The notes beneath the pieces are model-generated. The model worked only from the letters and a program-made list of their open reading frames with translations. It had not been told where the DNA came from and ran no database searches. From assembly GCA_043228905.1 (NCBI GenBank), contig JBHGNT010000009.1, positions 2,480,001 through 2,544,000 on the forward strand: a DNA stretch of 64,000 nt, written 5' to 3'. The position numbers were made by a program, and so were the translations under genes. Each line of letters begins with the position of its first letter. Positions within the stretch are counted from its first letter, which is position 1. Positions 25,348-39,200 of this stretch are shown piece after piece. The stretch is from Azolla caroliniana. Lineage: Eukaryota; Plantae; Polypodiophyta.

Positions 25348-25965
25348 ATAGCTAATTAGTTAAGGCTACTTCGGCAAAGTGATAATGTCTAGTATCTAAC
25401 TAATTAAGAGAGGACATTTAGAAGCAAATTAGCTAGAATTGTTTCGAATAGTTTTTCATTAACTAATATACACATCTAGTAGCGAATTGACTAAGAAGGC
25501 TATCTTAGCCAACATATACACATCCTACAACTGATAGTTAATAGCTAATTAGTTAAGACTAGTTTGGCAAAGTATAATGTCTAGTATCTAATTAGTTAAG
25601 AGAGGACATTTAGTAGCAAATTAGCTAGAATTGTTTCGAATATTTTTTCATTAACTAATATACACATCTAGTAGCAAATTGACTAAGAAGGGTTTAACTC
25701 ATAAAATGCAATAGCTAATTAAGTGAGGCCACCAAACTTATTTTAGCGAGTTTTTGTTGTTATATTCATATAGCCAACGTTGTCACAACGTTATATGTGC
25801 ACAAAGGAAATGCGAGGAAGACTAGAGAGGACTTGAACCAGTTACGCAAGGCCACCAAACCTATTGTAGCGAGTTGTAATTGTTATACTCATATAGCCAA
25901 CGTTGTCGCGAAGTTATACATGCGCAAAGGAAATATGAGCCAGACGAGAGAGGACTTGAACCAGA
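25348..25965 (+). repeat. Two adjacent tandem duplications (periods about 193 bp and about 123 bp)
   Basis: ATAGCTAATTAGTTAAG...GACTAAGAAGG at about 25348 and 25541; AGGCCACCAAAC...GGACTTGAACCAG at about 25726 and 25849. Confidence 0.8.
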
Positions 25966-26344
25966 AAGGATGGGTCATGGATTTGTGAGTGTGGCTTTGT
26001 TTTAGTGGTTTTTGACTATGTATTAATTAGAAATTAAACACTCAATAGTAGTTACCCAATTGGTAAATACAATGCATTGTACTTAAATTAAAGGTGCAAG
26101 GGTCAAAATTTGCCTTCCACAAATACATCTTTGTGGCACATTTAGCCTACATTGTAGTAAGGGGAAGTCTCCAATCCTATTTGACAATGTTCGAGGAGGC
26201 TAAATAGATAGATATTTTTTGTGTCCATAGACAGGCCAATATTGACCCATGGAACCTAAGTACAAATTTTTTTTGGATGTATGTCTCCTTCCTAAGAAGA
26301 GATATTCATATTTCAAAGCACTGATTCTCGATGTTTAAATAAGG

Positions 26345-26600
26345 CATAGTTGTTAAAAACTTGTATTCTACGTTTAGAATACGTTTTAGAATACTTTGAA
26401 ATGTTCCACACGTATTCTACGTTTTAGGACTACCATTTTTCCAGATTTTCATGTATTCTATGTATTTTAAGAATGTGAGATATTCTACGTATTTAACAAG
26501 TATTTAAAATTTCAAAAACAAATATGGAATTTATTTATTTTTAAATTGAAAAAGATAATTAAAATTAAAGAAGTATTTAACATATTCTACACGTATTCTA
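26345..26600. mobile_element. Possible truncated hAT-like MITE end
   Basis: Begins CATAGTTGTTAAAA followed by several GTATTCTACG subterminal repeats; no partner TIR found. Confidence 0.4.
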
Positions 26601-29060
26601 TGAATCTGGAAATAGAGCAATTGGATGTCAAAATAGCACTCTGGCATGGGGAATTAGATGAAGAGATCTACATGCAGCAACCCAAAGGTTTTGAGGAGAA
26701 AGGAAAAGAGAATTTGGTGTGTCGACTGAAGAAAAGCTTGTATGGTCTGAAGCAAGCTTCACGCCAATGGTATAAGAAGTTCAAATCCTTCATGTTGGAA
26801 CATGGATTCCATAAAACATAAGTTGATCATTGTGTGTTTGTCAAAAGGTATAATGAAGGCGACTTCTTGATTCTCTTGCTATATGTGGATGACATGTTAG
26901 TGCTCGGACAAGACACCAAGAAGATTGCGAGCTTGAAGAAAGCACTAGGCAAGTCATTTTCCATGAAAGATCTTGGACCGACAAAGAAAATATTGGGGAT
27001 GCACATAGTTCAAGACAAAACTAAGAATGTGCTATGTTTGTCAAAGAGAAGTATGTGACAAAAGTTCTGGAAAGATTTAACATGTCGGAAGCAAAACTGG
27101 TCGTGTCTGCATTGCGGAAAAATTGCAAGTTGAATGCTAAGCAATGTTCGAAAAGTGAAAAGGACAAGGCCGAGATGAGGAAAGTACCATATGCCTCAAT
27201 CGTTGGCAGTTTGATGTATGATGTGGTCTATACGAGACCAGACATACCATTTGCGGTTGGAATAGTAAGCTGATATATAAGTAATCCAAGAAGAGAACAT
27301 TGGGTAGATGTGAAATGGATACTCAGATATTTGAAAGGCACCTCAAGGGTATGCCTTAGGTATGGTCTCGAAAAACCTATGGTGGAAGGTTTTATCGACT
27401 CAAACATGTTAGGGGATATAGACTCCAGTCGATCCACTTCAGGTTATGTGATGACCTATGCAGGGGGAACTATGTCATGGCAATCGAGATTGCAAAAAGT
27501 TGTGGCTTTGTCTACCACGAAGGCAGAATATATGGCTACGGTAGAGGCAGGGAAAGAGTTGATATGGATGAAGAATTTTCTCAATGAATTAGGAATGATA
27601 CAAGAAAAATTCCTACTCCACTATGATAAACAAAGTGCCATACATCTAGCCAAGAACGTTGCTTACCACACCCGGACCAAGCATATACAAAGAAGGTATC
27701 ATTGTTTACAAGAGAAAGTGGATGAGGAAGATTTACCCTTATGAAGATCCATACTGATGATAATGGCTCCGACATGCTCACGAAAACCCTCCCTATGGAC
27801 AGACTCAGAGTTTGTCAACATAAGACAAGATTGGCAAACTCTCCCTATAGGAGTGAAGTGGGAGTTTGTTAGGATTCTATCCCTCCTAATGGGAGAGGTC
27901 GGTGACCTCATGGGAGAAGTCGGCAACCGAAGGCTTGTCGGTTGGCCGAATCAATCAGCGAGTCGACTTGGTAGTCGACCATATTGGTTGGACGAACCAA
28001 GTGAGGGATAGGCTGACCGAATGGTCGATGACAAAGTCTGCTACTTGGACCGACTGGATAGTCGACATAGAAGTTGGCTAGTCGAATCGACTAGACTGTC
28101 CGACTTGTGGGTAAGACAGTCAAGTCGATCAGTCGGATGTAGTTCAGACAGTAGATTCGATTAGTCGGCTGATTAACGACTATTATTATTATTATTTGTT
28201 GAGCGAGGAAGCTCAACATGGGCCGGACCGACAGGTTAGACCGGAGTTGCTCCGGTTGGCTAGGTCTTATTTCCAGACCGAATGCTGGATCGGCTGAAGA
28301 AGCCGAACACAAAATCTGGATGACAAATCGAATGTCAGATCCGGATGACAGAGGAACGTCACTCGTGCTGATTAGACCTATTCTAGAAAATAGGCCTAAT
28401 ATAGGCAATTAGTGTGAAAGACTCTTTTAAGAGCATTGAAGTATTGGTCAATACTTCTGTCAGTCCTTTTGTGAACTTGTATAAATAGTGCTCACTGAGC
28501 ACATTGTATGTACTAAGCATTTTGTAATAGACTCGTTTCGTTGTCCACTCTCACTCAGTCTCTCTCTCTCCCCCCCCCCCACATTCTTCGTGTTTATCTA
28601 ATTGTAGTACTTCCGGATAACCAACCGTGTACTATTGTGTCTTCCGCATACGTTTCCGCACTTATCTTTTTACATTATCTAATAAGAACTTATTCCCATC
28701 TATAAATATATGGAGTTAGGGCATACTTTATGGAGATGAAGTAGCAGAATTGTGTAGATTGAGTATAGTCGAGCTACAGAGAGAAGGTAGCAAACAAGAG
28801 TGAAAGTGAGTGAGAGACGACAAAGTTTAGTGGAACTTGCCAAAACCATAAGTGGGTATTCTTTGTTTTTCAGAGACTTGTAACCTTTCTCTTGTACTTC
28901 CCTCTCTTCATAGTGAAAGTGTGCCGGTGTGTGGTTTTCCCTGTTTTAGGGTTTCCACGTAAATCTTGTGTACTATGTATTTTGCTATTTTCTATTTATC
29001 TTTGTTCTGTGTATCATCACAGCCTATTTTGCTTGTTGATTTACGGTCCACATCATAACA
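26600..29060 (+). mobile_element. 5'-truncated Ty1/copia (RT-RNase H pseudogene and 3' LTR at about 27867-29060)
   Basis: [67 protein letters not shown]; PPT GGAGTGAAGTGGGAG before TGTTAGG at 27867. Confidence 0.88.
28197..28674 (+). mobile_element. Solo LTR nested in the copia LTR; related to 39424-39839
   Basis: TGTTGAG...TTTTACA with flanks TTATT/TTATC; shares AAGCTCAACAT.GGCCGG, GTGCTCACTGAGCAC and TTCCGCAC with the reverse complement of 39424-39839. Confidence 0.75.
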
Positions 29061-29065
29061 TAACA

Positions 29066-31215
29066 GGATGTACAAGTGGGATCAATATGATCTAAGATGT
29101 CTTGAGCAAAGATATTGTTGTGAGATCATGACGGATAGTATCAACAATGGTTGAATCTAGTGGAGTGTCAAAGAGTGTAGTTGCTTGAAGCCGTGCAAGA
29201 CCAAGGATTACCTGTTTTTTATTATCGAAGTCCAGATCACCAGGACGAGGTGTAGATACAAACGTCATGATAATGCATCTACTTTCCTTTGTTGCTTGCT
29301 CGGACAAAATGTAATCTTAAAATTGAATTGAGTAAGAAATTGAGCCCATCAAGCTTGTCGTCTGTTTAGCATACTAGCACTCAAGAAATAGGTGACGTTT
29401 TTGTGGTCATTGAATACAATGACTTGATGAGGAGATCCTTCCAAAATATGTCGTGATTGTTCAAAGGAATCAACTATATCTAATAACTCATTGTCCTATA
29501 CCTCATAGTTTATCTCAATCGTGTCAAATTTGTGCGAATGGAAAGCCATTATATGTAGCTTCCTATCAATGTCACATTACAATGACAAAATATTACCAAG
29601 TGCAAAATATGATGCATCCGCGTCAATAATAAATGGTTTTTGCAGATCAACATGAGTTAGAATAGGAGCGGATGTAAATGCTTTCTTGAGATCCATCTTT
29701 GTGAGTTGTGTGAGAGACAAAATAAGTTTTTAGTAATCCTGTATAAACTTGCGATAGAAGTTTGTGAATCCTAGAAAACATTGCACATCTCGCACAAATC
29801 ATGAACTCTGTCACTCCAACACTATTTAGACTTTAGTTGGATCCATAAAGATTCCTTCAGGGGAGATGACATAGCCTAAGAATTCCACCTATTTGCAGTC
29901 AAAACTACACTTCTCTAGTTTTGCATAAAGGATATATAGTCGTAGACTTTTTAGTACTTGACGAACATGAGAATCATGCGCTTCTTGTGTTTTTTAGTAA
30001 ATCAATAGATCATCTAGACAAATTATTAGAAAGATGTCCAAAAGATCTTGAAAAATGTCATTTTCCATGTGCTGAAAAACTATTGGTGCATTTGTGAGAC
30101 AAAAAATGGCATAACTGTATATTCAAAGAGCCCATATCGGGTAAGGATTGTTGCCTTCCACTAATCTCCCACTCGAAACCGAACAAGGTTATATACACCT
30201 TGTAAATTGATCTTTGTAAATATTTTGCATCGTTAATCCATTCTAAAAAACTAAAGATCAAGGGAAGTGTGGACGTATTCCTGATAATAACTTTATTCGA
30301 ACCCTGATAATCAACAGCTAGACGAAGTGATCCATTTTTTCTCTTTACAAAGAAAATGGGTGCAGCAGCGGGAGATTTCGAGTGTTAAATGAATCTATTT
30401 GCCAAGTTTTCCTCTATGTAGGCTCAAAAAATCTCAAGCTCGATCGATGACAAATTGTAGATCGGTCTCCGTGGTAGCTCCTTTCATGGTTGCAAATCAG
30501 TGGGACAATCATGTGGTTGATCCTATGAAAGTGTATTCGCTTTTACCTTATCAAAACATCAACATAATCTTGATACTTCTTCAGAAGTTGAATTGTTGAG
30601 TTTTCCTCAATGATATTGGAAGGCTTCATTGATACTACAAATGAAAACATTACTTCCTTTCGTCCTTCCTTACATAATTGATGTAGCGAAATGGAAAAAA
30701 TCCTATGACTAAATGCTTGAGGTTTTATATTATCTTGTTGGTGATACTTGATTTCTCTCGTTCTACAGTCGATTTTGGGGTTATGCAATTCAAACCACGA
30801 CAACCCCTAGACAATTGGATGTTCAAGGCTGCTAATTATATTAAAAGATAACATTACACATGTCAAATTATCTTATACAACACGAACTGGCTTCGACTCT
30901 TCTATGATATTTCCAAAAGCAGTGAGGCGACCATCAATGACTACTACAAAAGCTGGGCAATGACGTTTTCTTAGAGATACCTGAGGATTTCGAGCAAAAT
31001 CTCTATCCAGAAAGCAAGTATTAGCCCCGATATCTAGGAGTGTTGGAACATGAACTGGATGGTTGCTCGTACTACTAACTTCCTCTTAAGCTAAGAACAC
31101 CTTGTTAACTTGCTTAGAAGAAATGGAACCTTAATGGTATGCACAGATCCAAGACTATGCAACCAAATGGCTCATATTTTGGCTAGTCTTGGAACTTCAA
31201 ATTTATTTGATAAAC
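29066..31215 (-). pseudogene. pol: Degenerate Tcn1-like chromovirus pol (protease, RT, RNase H)
   Basis: LLDIGANTCFLD protease, WFELHNPKID, and RT/RNase H fragments colinear with 52000-54000; many stops and frameshifts. Confidence 0.85.
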
Positions 31216-31678
31216 TTGGACTACTAAGATTCTTAGGTATGCCCAATGAAATAGGGTTAGTGTCTCAGGGGTGATCCTAACCAAATGTTGTCACATGTGA
31301 CACCATGCCCGTAAGACCAATAGTTCAGCTTCCTACTTATTTTGGATTGCACATGGGATAGTTGCACCCCTTTGGGGGATGTCCCTCCCCATCATAAACC
31401 CTAGGTACTTGAAGGTCGTCCCGTCTGGAACCCAGTCAAAATCAACGTGGGGTTGCCACCTTGGTTTCTCCTCCGCACAAGTCCAGAGGCCCTAGGTTTT
31501 ATTCTAGTTGACATTGGCTCCAAAGGTCTGGCAAAAGTCCTCAACTAGTTGTTTCGCCCACCACAAATTCTCCTTGTTGCCCTATAGGAATAGAATCGTA
31601 TCTTAAGCGTACTCCAATGTTAATCTTGGATCATAAGTTATAGTCGTGGTTCTTACTCTTGTTCTCTTATATTTGAAC

Positions 31679-32158
31679 TAGCAATGGGCACAATTTCGAC
31701 TCAAACCGAACCGAACCGTTAAGCCATGGTTTAACGATTTATTGGTTCCAAAAAAATGTAATGCTTTGGTTTGGTTCGATAAACGGTTCGGTTTGGTTCT
31801 AAAACTCAGGTTTATAGGTTTGGTTTAAAGGTTTATAAGTTTTTGGTTTACTTTTTTTTTATCTTAATGCTTTTTTATTGATTTAATTATTTTAACTTAA
31901 ATGTTTATTTTATTTATTTATTTTTTGTTTATTTATATGTTTAATTAATTTGATTTAAATGGTTAGGTTTAAATTTTTTATTAAATGGTTCGGTTTGGTT
32001 TCAACTTTTCCCTAAACGGTTTGGTTTAAAGTTTTTATTAAATGGTTTGGTTTGGTTTTAACTTATCCCTAAACGGTTTCGTTTGGTTTTTGTTTTATAC
32101 AAACGGTTCGGTTTCTTTGCCTTGAAACCGAACTGAAACTGAATCGTGCCCATTGCTA
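31679..32158. mobile_element. hAT-type MITE
   Basis: TIRs TAGCAATGGGCAC and GTGCCCATTGCTA; 8-bp TSD ATTTGAAC at 31671-31678 and 32159-32166; many AAACCG/CGGTTT subterminal repeats. Confidence 0.93.
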
Positions 32159-33852
32159 ATTTGAACCTAGGACCTCAAGGGAATTCTAGATTTCTTACAT
32201 AGTGCAAGCTCTTTTACTATTTTAAAGGATAAGCATGGGAAATCATACCAACTTCTATTTGTGGTTGTTAGCTCATGTGTTATTATATATACTTAGTTTT
32301 TTAAATAATGAATATGCACACACATCAAACAAAGTTAGTAACTATTTTGACATGATTATAGCATATAATATACATGCATCCTTTTGACAATGTGATTCCT
32401 ATTTTAAGTCATGATGTTCATGTATTTCGTTAAGACATTTAAATTGATGTAATTCTCTAATCTTGGATGGTAAATGTGATTTACAAGCAAAAGAACATTC
32501 TTACATGAGATAATATTGGACACCACAATATGATGGTTAACATTCTTTCTTAATGCATAATTAGGAATTCCACCAAATTTTGGTACTCCAACCTTCCCAC
32601 TCCAAACACTTTGGATTGGATGTATGTTCCTTCACCCCTTCAATGAGCAGACACCTCGTTGAAGAAGATGTGGTTGGTTAAATAATGCAACTAGAATTTT
32701 GATAGATAATAATCTAGAAGTATGATGTCATGAACGACAATTTAAACTATTGAATTGGCAAGGAAATATAACAAAGCATATATTCAATTGATTTCTGATG
32801 TGGGAAAGACTTGGAATTTCAAGAATACATGGACGATCTAGTGGATTTCATGCCATAACATGCATCTTCTCTTGATCCCTCCCATGCATTGAACCAAATG
32901 CAAACTTCTCATAATGTTTTGTCACTAACTATTGATCATTTTAAAGGAATAAGTACATTGTTTGCTTAAAGAAGAAACATTTAGTGGAAATGGAAGCAAT
33001 TCAACGGAACTATGTTGAATCTAGGATGGAAAGTAAGTGCCTTCATCATGACCAATTGATTGTTTTCCCGTTTCAAACTTGGTGTTTTCCTTTATTGATG
33101 ATATATCCCAAAATATTTTCATTGATGCCTTTCTTTAAACCTTCCCACAATTCAAACTATCTACATGCAGATGCCCTCTATGCCTATTCACACTAATCAC
33201 AACATGATATTGGTAGTCTTCTTCTCATATATTCAATGTGGGGTAATCTATGACGACGTGAATTCATGGTGGGTGTTAAGGAGATTGATGATCATATGCC
33301 ATTTTTTACTCTCGTCAATCCTTCTTTGAAAAAGTATATATCGGTTGCCTTAGATTTAACATCAAGTAATTTTGATAAGCAAAGAGAGAAAAAGAATGGC
33401 TAGAAATATGATAGCTTGTGTGTTCAAGATCGAATGAGAGAAAGTGAGATTGTGTATTTTTGATACACCAATGTGGCATTTACTTTAGGAAACGATGATA
33501 TGTGTATGGAAGTTGGAACTTAAACCCAAAGCCTTGTTGTCCTCATCCATTACGATTGTCGATTCTAGAACCCAAATAATTGTAAGGTTGTTTCTCAAAG
33601 ACAAATTGTAGGTCATGCACTCAAACTTGAGGTATTGGTGTCTAACAAAGTATTCCTAGACCATGAGATTTGATGCATGGGTTAATAAAAAGTTGGCTTA
33701 CTATTGGCGTGGGCAAAGAGACATGATATTTGTTATAATCCAATCAACCATGGAACCAAAACAAAACATCTAAGAGTTCAACTTGTCCCAAATCATTAAT
33801 GGATTATACATCAAGTTGTTGTGATCTTAGCTAATCTTGTAATAATATCTCT

Positions 33853-34175
33853 AGCAAATAGTTTGAGAGCATAACCGAAAGTACATGTTTCACTACTATG
33901 TGAAAAATGACACTTGATAAATTTTTCCAAAGTCATATTTGAGTGCCAAATGTTACATAAAGATGTTCCCGTGTGACAAAAGGAATTGTTGTTAAGCGAG
34001 ATGTCATCCTGAAAGCAAATAGTTTGAGAGCATAACCGAAAGTACATGTGTCACTAATATGTGAAAAATGACACTTGATAAATTTTTCCAAAGTCATATT
34101 TGAGTGTCAAATGTTACATAAAGATGTTCCCGTGTGACAGAAGGAATTGTTGTTAAGCGAGATGTCATCCTGAAG
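33853..34175 (+). repeat. Near-perfect 161-bp tandem duplication
   Basis: GCAAATAGTTTGAGAGCATAACCG...ATGTCATCCTGAA starts at 33854 and 34015. Confidence 0.9.
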
Positions 34176-35071
34176 CATGCCCCGTGCAATAACATGTCAC
34201 GTCTACTAAAGTGTTTTTGTTATCTGAACTCCTTTTCACATCATAAAATGTTTGAATAATAATACGTAAGAAAAGTATGTTAGTGTTCATGATGACAACA
34301 GGAGCTTGGGTCTAATGGAGATATTTTAGGGAATATTAGGGCCATATACATATAATAATGGTTAAAGGGACATTTTTGAGGTTTTTATAAAGAAGTTAGA
34401 CCCAATGTGATTGATTAGGACATGTGAAGGGCCATTAAGAGTTGAAAATTGAAACAATAAGCCTTATGGTGCTCAAGACGTGTAAATCTCTCTCTCTCTC
34501 TCTCTCACTCTCTCCTTCAAAGTAGTATAAAGATCCAAAACCTAAGCTTCCATTTGGATGACCACTCAAATTCCTATCACCCAAACACTAGCTATAGCAA
34601 AGCGAGACATCGGTGACATTGGGAGGAAACGGAACGGTGTGTGGTGTATCAACGATGCTTTGCCGACCAATATCATCCAAGTTTTGATCTCGATCTAATC
34701 CAAACGTAAGCTTGCTTCGATCTATGTGGTCTCTATCCAATTCTAAAGTAAGCTTAAGCTTAGATCTATGTGTGTAGTTCTTAAACGATGGTCTCAAAAT
34801 TAGGTTTGTGATTTCATTCATTACTCTTCTTCTTTGTCTAGTGTGTGTCATAGGAAGTAAACAAAATGGCTTTATGAATCTCAAAAGCTTTTAATGAGGT
34901 CCACCAGCATATCATAACGTCACGCAGAGAATCAAAGACCTTGGTATACATGCACACACAAACATATCTGTATATGTATGTGTATTATATCAAAAAATGT
35001 ATGTCTCTAATTTGTGCTAAATGTACAGGTGAGATTTCCTTCTTTGGGTACCTAAGGGAGGAGTTTCCGAG

Positions 35072-36244
35072 ATGGCGCCGCCCGGATGCAAAAGCTCCTC
35101 GGCTCGGCCGCCACTGCCGCGTTGTTCGGTGGGCTTCCTCCTCCTCCTCCTAAGCCTCTCTGCATTAGCATTGTCGAGTTCTTCCGTATTTCCGGTAGAA
35201 GCACACAGCGGCGCGGCCAGGAAATTGAAAGGCGAAGACCACAATGCCGGGGCAGCCACTGAGTACTACGACTCCTCGTCCTCGCAAACCGACCTAGACC
35301 TCGACCTCGACCTCGACCTCGGATGGATGTCCTCTTTCCTCCTCCATCTTTGGAGCACTACGCAGCACCCTCACCGTGTGCCGCCGCCACCCCACCGTAT
35401 ACCTCCTCCCCCGCATCGATTGCCACCACCAATTTTGCCATCTCCTCCACCGCCGCCATCTCCGCCACCACCTGACGCCAGCCCTCCGTCACCGCCGCCA
35501 TCTCCGCCCCCACCTGACGCCAGCCCTCCTCCTCCGCCGCCGCCATCTCCGCCGCCACCTGACGCCAGCCCTCCGCCGCCGCCGCCACCTGACGCCAGCC
35601 CTCCTCCGCCGCCGCCATCTCCGCCGCCACCTGACGCTAGCCCTCCTCCACCGCCACCATCTCCGCCACCACCTGACGCAAGCCCTCCTCCGCCGCCACC
35701 ATCTCCGCCGCCACCGTCCCCTCCCCCACCACCCTCTCCGCCTCCACCGCCACCCTCTCCTCCTCCACCTGACGCCAGCCCTCCACCGCCTCCGCCTCCA
35801 CCTTCGCCTCCACCGCCACCCTCCCCTCCTCCACCTGACGCCAGCCCCCCACCCCCCTCTCCACCTCCACCTCCTTCGCCTCCTCCGCCGCCGTCTCCGC
35901 CGCCACCTTCTCCTCCCCCTCCGCCGTCTCCGCCTCCACCATCTCCTCCGCCGCCGTCTCCGCCGCCACCTTCTCCTCCCCCTCCGCCGTCTCCGCCTCC
36001 ACCATCTCCTCCGCCGCCGTCTCCGCCACCACCTTCTCCTCCCCCGCCCTCTCCGCCGCCGCCTTCCCCTCCTCCTCCCTCTCCGCCACCACCTTCTCCT
36101 CCACCGCCCTCTCCGCCGCCACCTCCCTCTCCTCCCCCACCGTCTCCGCCTCCGCCTCCGCCTTCACCGCCACCACCCTCTCCGCCTCCACCTTCTCCAC
36201 CGCCGCCCGACTCAACCTCTTATTTCTCCTCCGCCAACATTTAA
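35072..36244 (+). CDS. Secreted proline-rich extensin-like hydroxyproline-rich glycoprotein
   Basis: Signal peptide (VGFLLLLLSLSALALSSSS..VEA), ARKL motif, HRxPPPP repeats, then about 260 aa of SP(3-7) and PDASPPPP repeats with varied Pro codons; single exon. Confidence 0.85.
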   Translation: MAPPGCKSSSARPPLPRCSVGFLLLLLSLSALALSSSSVFPVEAHSGAARKLKGEDHNAGAATEYYDSSSSQTDLDLDLDLDLGWMSSFLLHLWSTTQHPHRVPPPPHRIPPPPHRLPPPILPSPPPPPSPPPPDASPPSPPPSPPPPDASPPPPPPPSPPPPDASPPPPPPPDASPPPPPPSPPPPDASPPPPPPSPPPPDASPPPPPPSPPPPSPPPPPSPPPPPPSPPPPDASPPPPPPPPSPPPPPSPPPPDASPPPPSPPPPPSPPPPPSPPPPSPPPPPSPPPPSPPPPSPPPPSPPPPPSPPPPSPPPPSPPPPSPPPPSPPPPSPPPPSPPPPSPPPPSPPPPPSPPPPSPPPPPPSPPPPSPPPPSPPPPDSTSYFSSANI

Positions 36245-39200
36245 GAAGTCGTTCCCCATGACCCCATTGTTGTTGTTTACCTAGCTAGCTCTTCTTCTTC
36301 TTCTTCTTCTTCTTCTTCTACTTCTGTCTCAAATCATACGCCTTGGCGATGGCCATGGTGATGGCGATGGCGATGGCGATGTATCATCCATCCTCTGTGT
36401 CCTCCTCTGCGTGTCTGTGTGTGTGTAATGCTAAGATTAATAAGAATTATGGTAGCTCCCCCCCTCTTTCACATTTTCTGTACCAAAAAATCATGCGTTT
36501 CTTCTTCTTGTGCGTTTGAAAAAACTCAAAATCAACTGCAATTAGATCGACCAAACAAAACAAATTTATGGGGTGTGGTTGCCCATGGTCCTTGGATCTT
36601 CTCTCACAACCAAACACTTCTTCTTCTTCTACATGTATATCAGAGGCCTTTTCATATTTTCGGTGGGACAGGCATGGCGATGGCGATCCGATCGCTTTTA
36701 GATCGATCCATCCATCCATCATATCCATCAATGGGCACTTCTCTTCATCTTCATTTACGCATTTCAAAAACCTCCTGTCCAGCCGTCCATAGGACATTTC
36801 GATGTGGTCAGGCGGCCGGGCGGACATATCGAAGAATTCGCCCCCCATTCTGGAATTTTCATTGTTGTTGCTATAGACATTCTCGCACACTTCTCTTCTC
36901 CCCTCGTGTGCACACACATACATGATGCTCATTCGAAACCTCTCTCTCTTTTGTCTCTTGCAATTCGATCCCACACATTTGACTCATTACCAAACCAGTT
37001 TCGGAAATTAACACCACCCCTATATCAAAGGAATTAGCTCCCTTGCGGTGTGCATTACGAGATCCTCGGACTTATTGAAATCTTTAGACGATAATCCTTT
37101 GGGTTCCTTTTTAAGTCACTAAGACGAAAAATAGGGCCTCACGTTGCCCACATGTGTGCCATGTTGAAGTTACTACCTAATGATAACTTCTTCTAAAGTT
37201 CTACTAAACCCATAAGCCTTCACCTTAAATATAGTCAAATGTGATTAGAGGTTCCCATGAAACCCAAATAGGCTCATCAAATGCACACCATTAACTTGCT
37301 ACGTGTTGCATTCAACACACTCCCACCTAATTGCGTTAACTTATTGACTAGATGTCATAGCATTCAATGCACAAATCACCTCATTAAAATGAATCATAAA
37401 TATGCTATGTGTCAAACTAGTGTTCGATCCAACTCCCACTGTACATCGATTAATTATATCCAAAACTTTCAACGAATTCGCTTTGCTTGTAGTACGGAAC
37501 CTATAATATTATCTTTAGATTAACATGAATAAAATTTTGAAGAATGATTAACATAAGATAAGAGAAATAAATGGAGTGTAGATGTCATAGAAACTTGTTA
37601 TATTTAAGAATAGGGGAGGAGGAGCTTTGTTTCATTATACACAATATCTTACAAGGAGTCTTCATTGACAATTACAATCATCTTGTATCATTTATATTTA
37701 GTCTACAGAGTAAATGTGAAAATGTTTTTGATGGTACCTCTACAACGTATGGGATGTTAGCTTGTTGAAAAGAAATACCCAATGGCCTCCATCAAATGGA
37801 TGGAAAACAAAGCATACCTTTCATACTATGGCCTCAATCAAATTCAACTTTCTATGTTACAACTTGCTACCAATATCAAATCGACATCCTCTTTGATGGT
37901 TTACGATTGACATTTGCTATTTTCGAAAACCTCATGTTGTTATTGATTGATAGCTTGTCTTTCAATGTATTCATTTATCAACATTGCTTGAGGAATAACG
38001 AAAATTGAATTCATTAAACCATGCTAGAAGGAGAGATCACCAAATTTCATGTTGTTACATAAGAGAAAACATTGTTCAATTGTTGAAGGTAAATTTTGCA
38101 AACCCACAATATAAAAGAGAAACAATACTTTTGCATATAAATACTTGTACCAAGGTATGAAATATCTCAAAAGCCATGACCCGAAGGCCATAAACCTAGT
38201 GGATTATGGTGAGTTAACTTATGGCCATTATCAGAAATTGTAAATGATCTTAAATCCACCAGAATAAATGGATTATATATCCTATTTACATTGATGATGT
38301 GCTCAGTCATTTTTGTTGGGAACTTTTGTCCACAATCAAATATGATACAAGACAAACACAAGAGCGTTGGCACATAAGATTACACCAAACTCATCAAGTA
38401 TCCTAATCAAATAGAATTCTAAAAACTAAGTATGAAGTTAAGTTAAAGAGGACTTAAAAAGTATCATGGGTGGGGGTAACTTTTGTTCTTAAATTGGCCA
38501 TAAGAAAAAGGTGTACACAAGATTATCGTGTTGCATGGTAGATTGAATAAAACTATCATGTGTATGTAATAATATAGGACCCCCTTTTTATTATATGGAA
38601 AACTCAATGTGCATCCCTAGATTCTTTCCTTGACTTTAGCCATTATCATTATCAATTTGTGTAATCTTTATAATTAATTGATTCTCCCACATGCATATAT
38701 TTTAATGTATTTACACATCTTGATCCATTCTTGTGCTTTGGCAATATAATAAATGTCAATGAATATAAATAGGTAATTCATCTACAATTCAACTTTTCTT
38801 GAAAAAACTCAATGAATTAGGATGTCTTGTCTTTGAGCACCTTCCACAAGGTAAGATTTTTATTACAGCTAGCACAAGCATACATAAGCAATGGTAGTGA
38901 TGTTCCTTCGAGCACTCAACTTAAGGGATCAAAAGGAGTTGGATTTATTCTTGTAGGATGTGGTGAGCAAAATGTGTCCAATTGATTCTCGTGATGAGGT
39001 GAAGCAAATTTACAACTACTTCAACAAGAGGTGACAATGGCTTGTTGAATACCAAGGTTGCACGAGCAATTGATTCCAATTGTAACCATGATGAAGGTTT
39101 GAGAAAACCAAGTCAAGAAGGGGATTGATTCATCGATCATAGCAATTTTGACAAAAAACTTGGAGTTCAAAATCACTACTAGTCTTGGTTGAATGGAGTC

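Noticed and set aside
32400-33800. Possible decayed DNA-transposon coding sequence
   Set aside because: No diagnostic motif, TIR or TSD identified.
35358-36284. Alternative-frame ORFs (His/Arg/Leu-rich on +, Ala/Glu-rich on -) over the extensin
   Set aside because: Shadow frames of the CCN-rich repeat; only the Pro frame has a signal peptide and third-position variation.
36419-37037. ORFs of 168-175 aa and a small hairpin downstream of the extensin
   Set aside because: No recognisable domain or miRNA; looks like 3' UTR or intergenic sequence with microsatellites.
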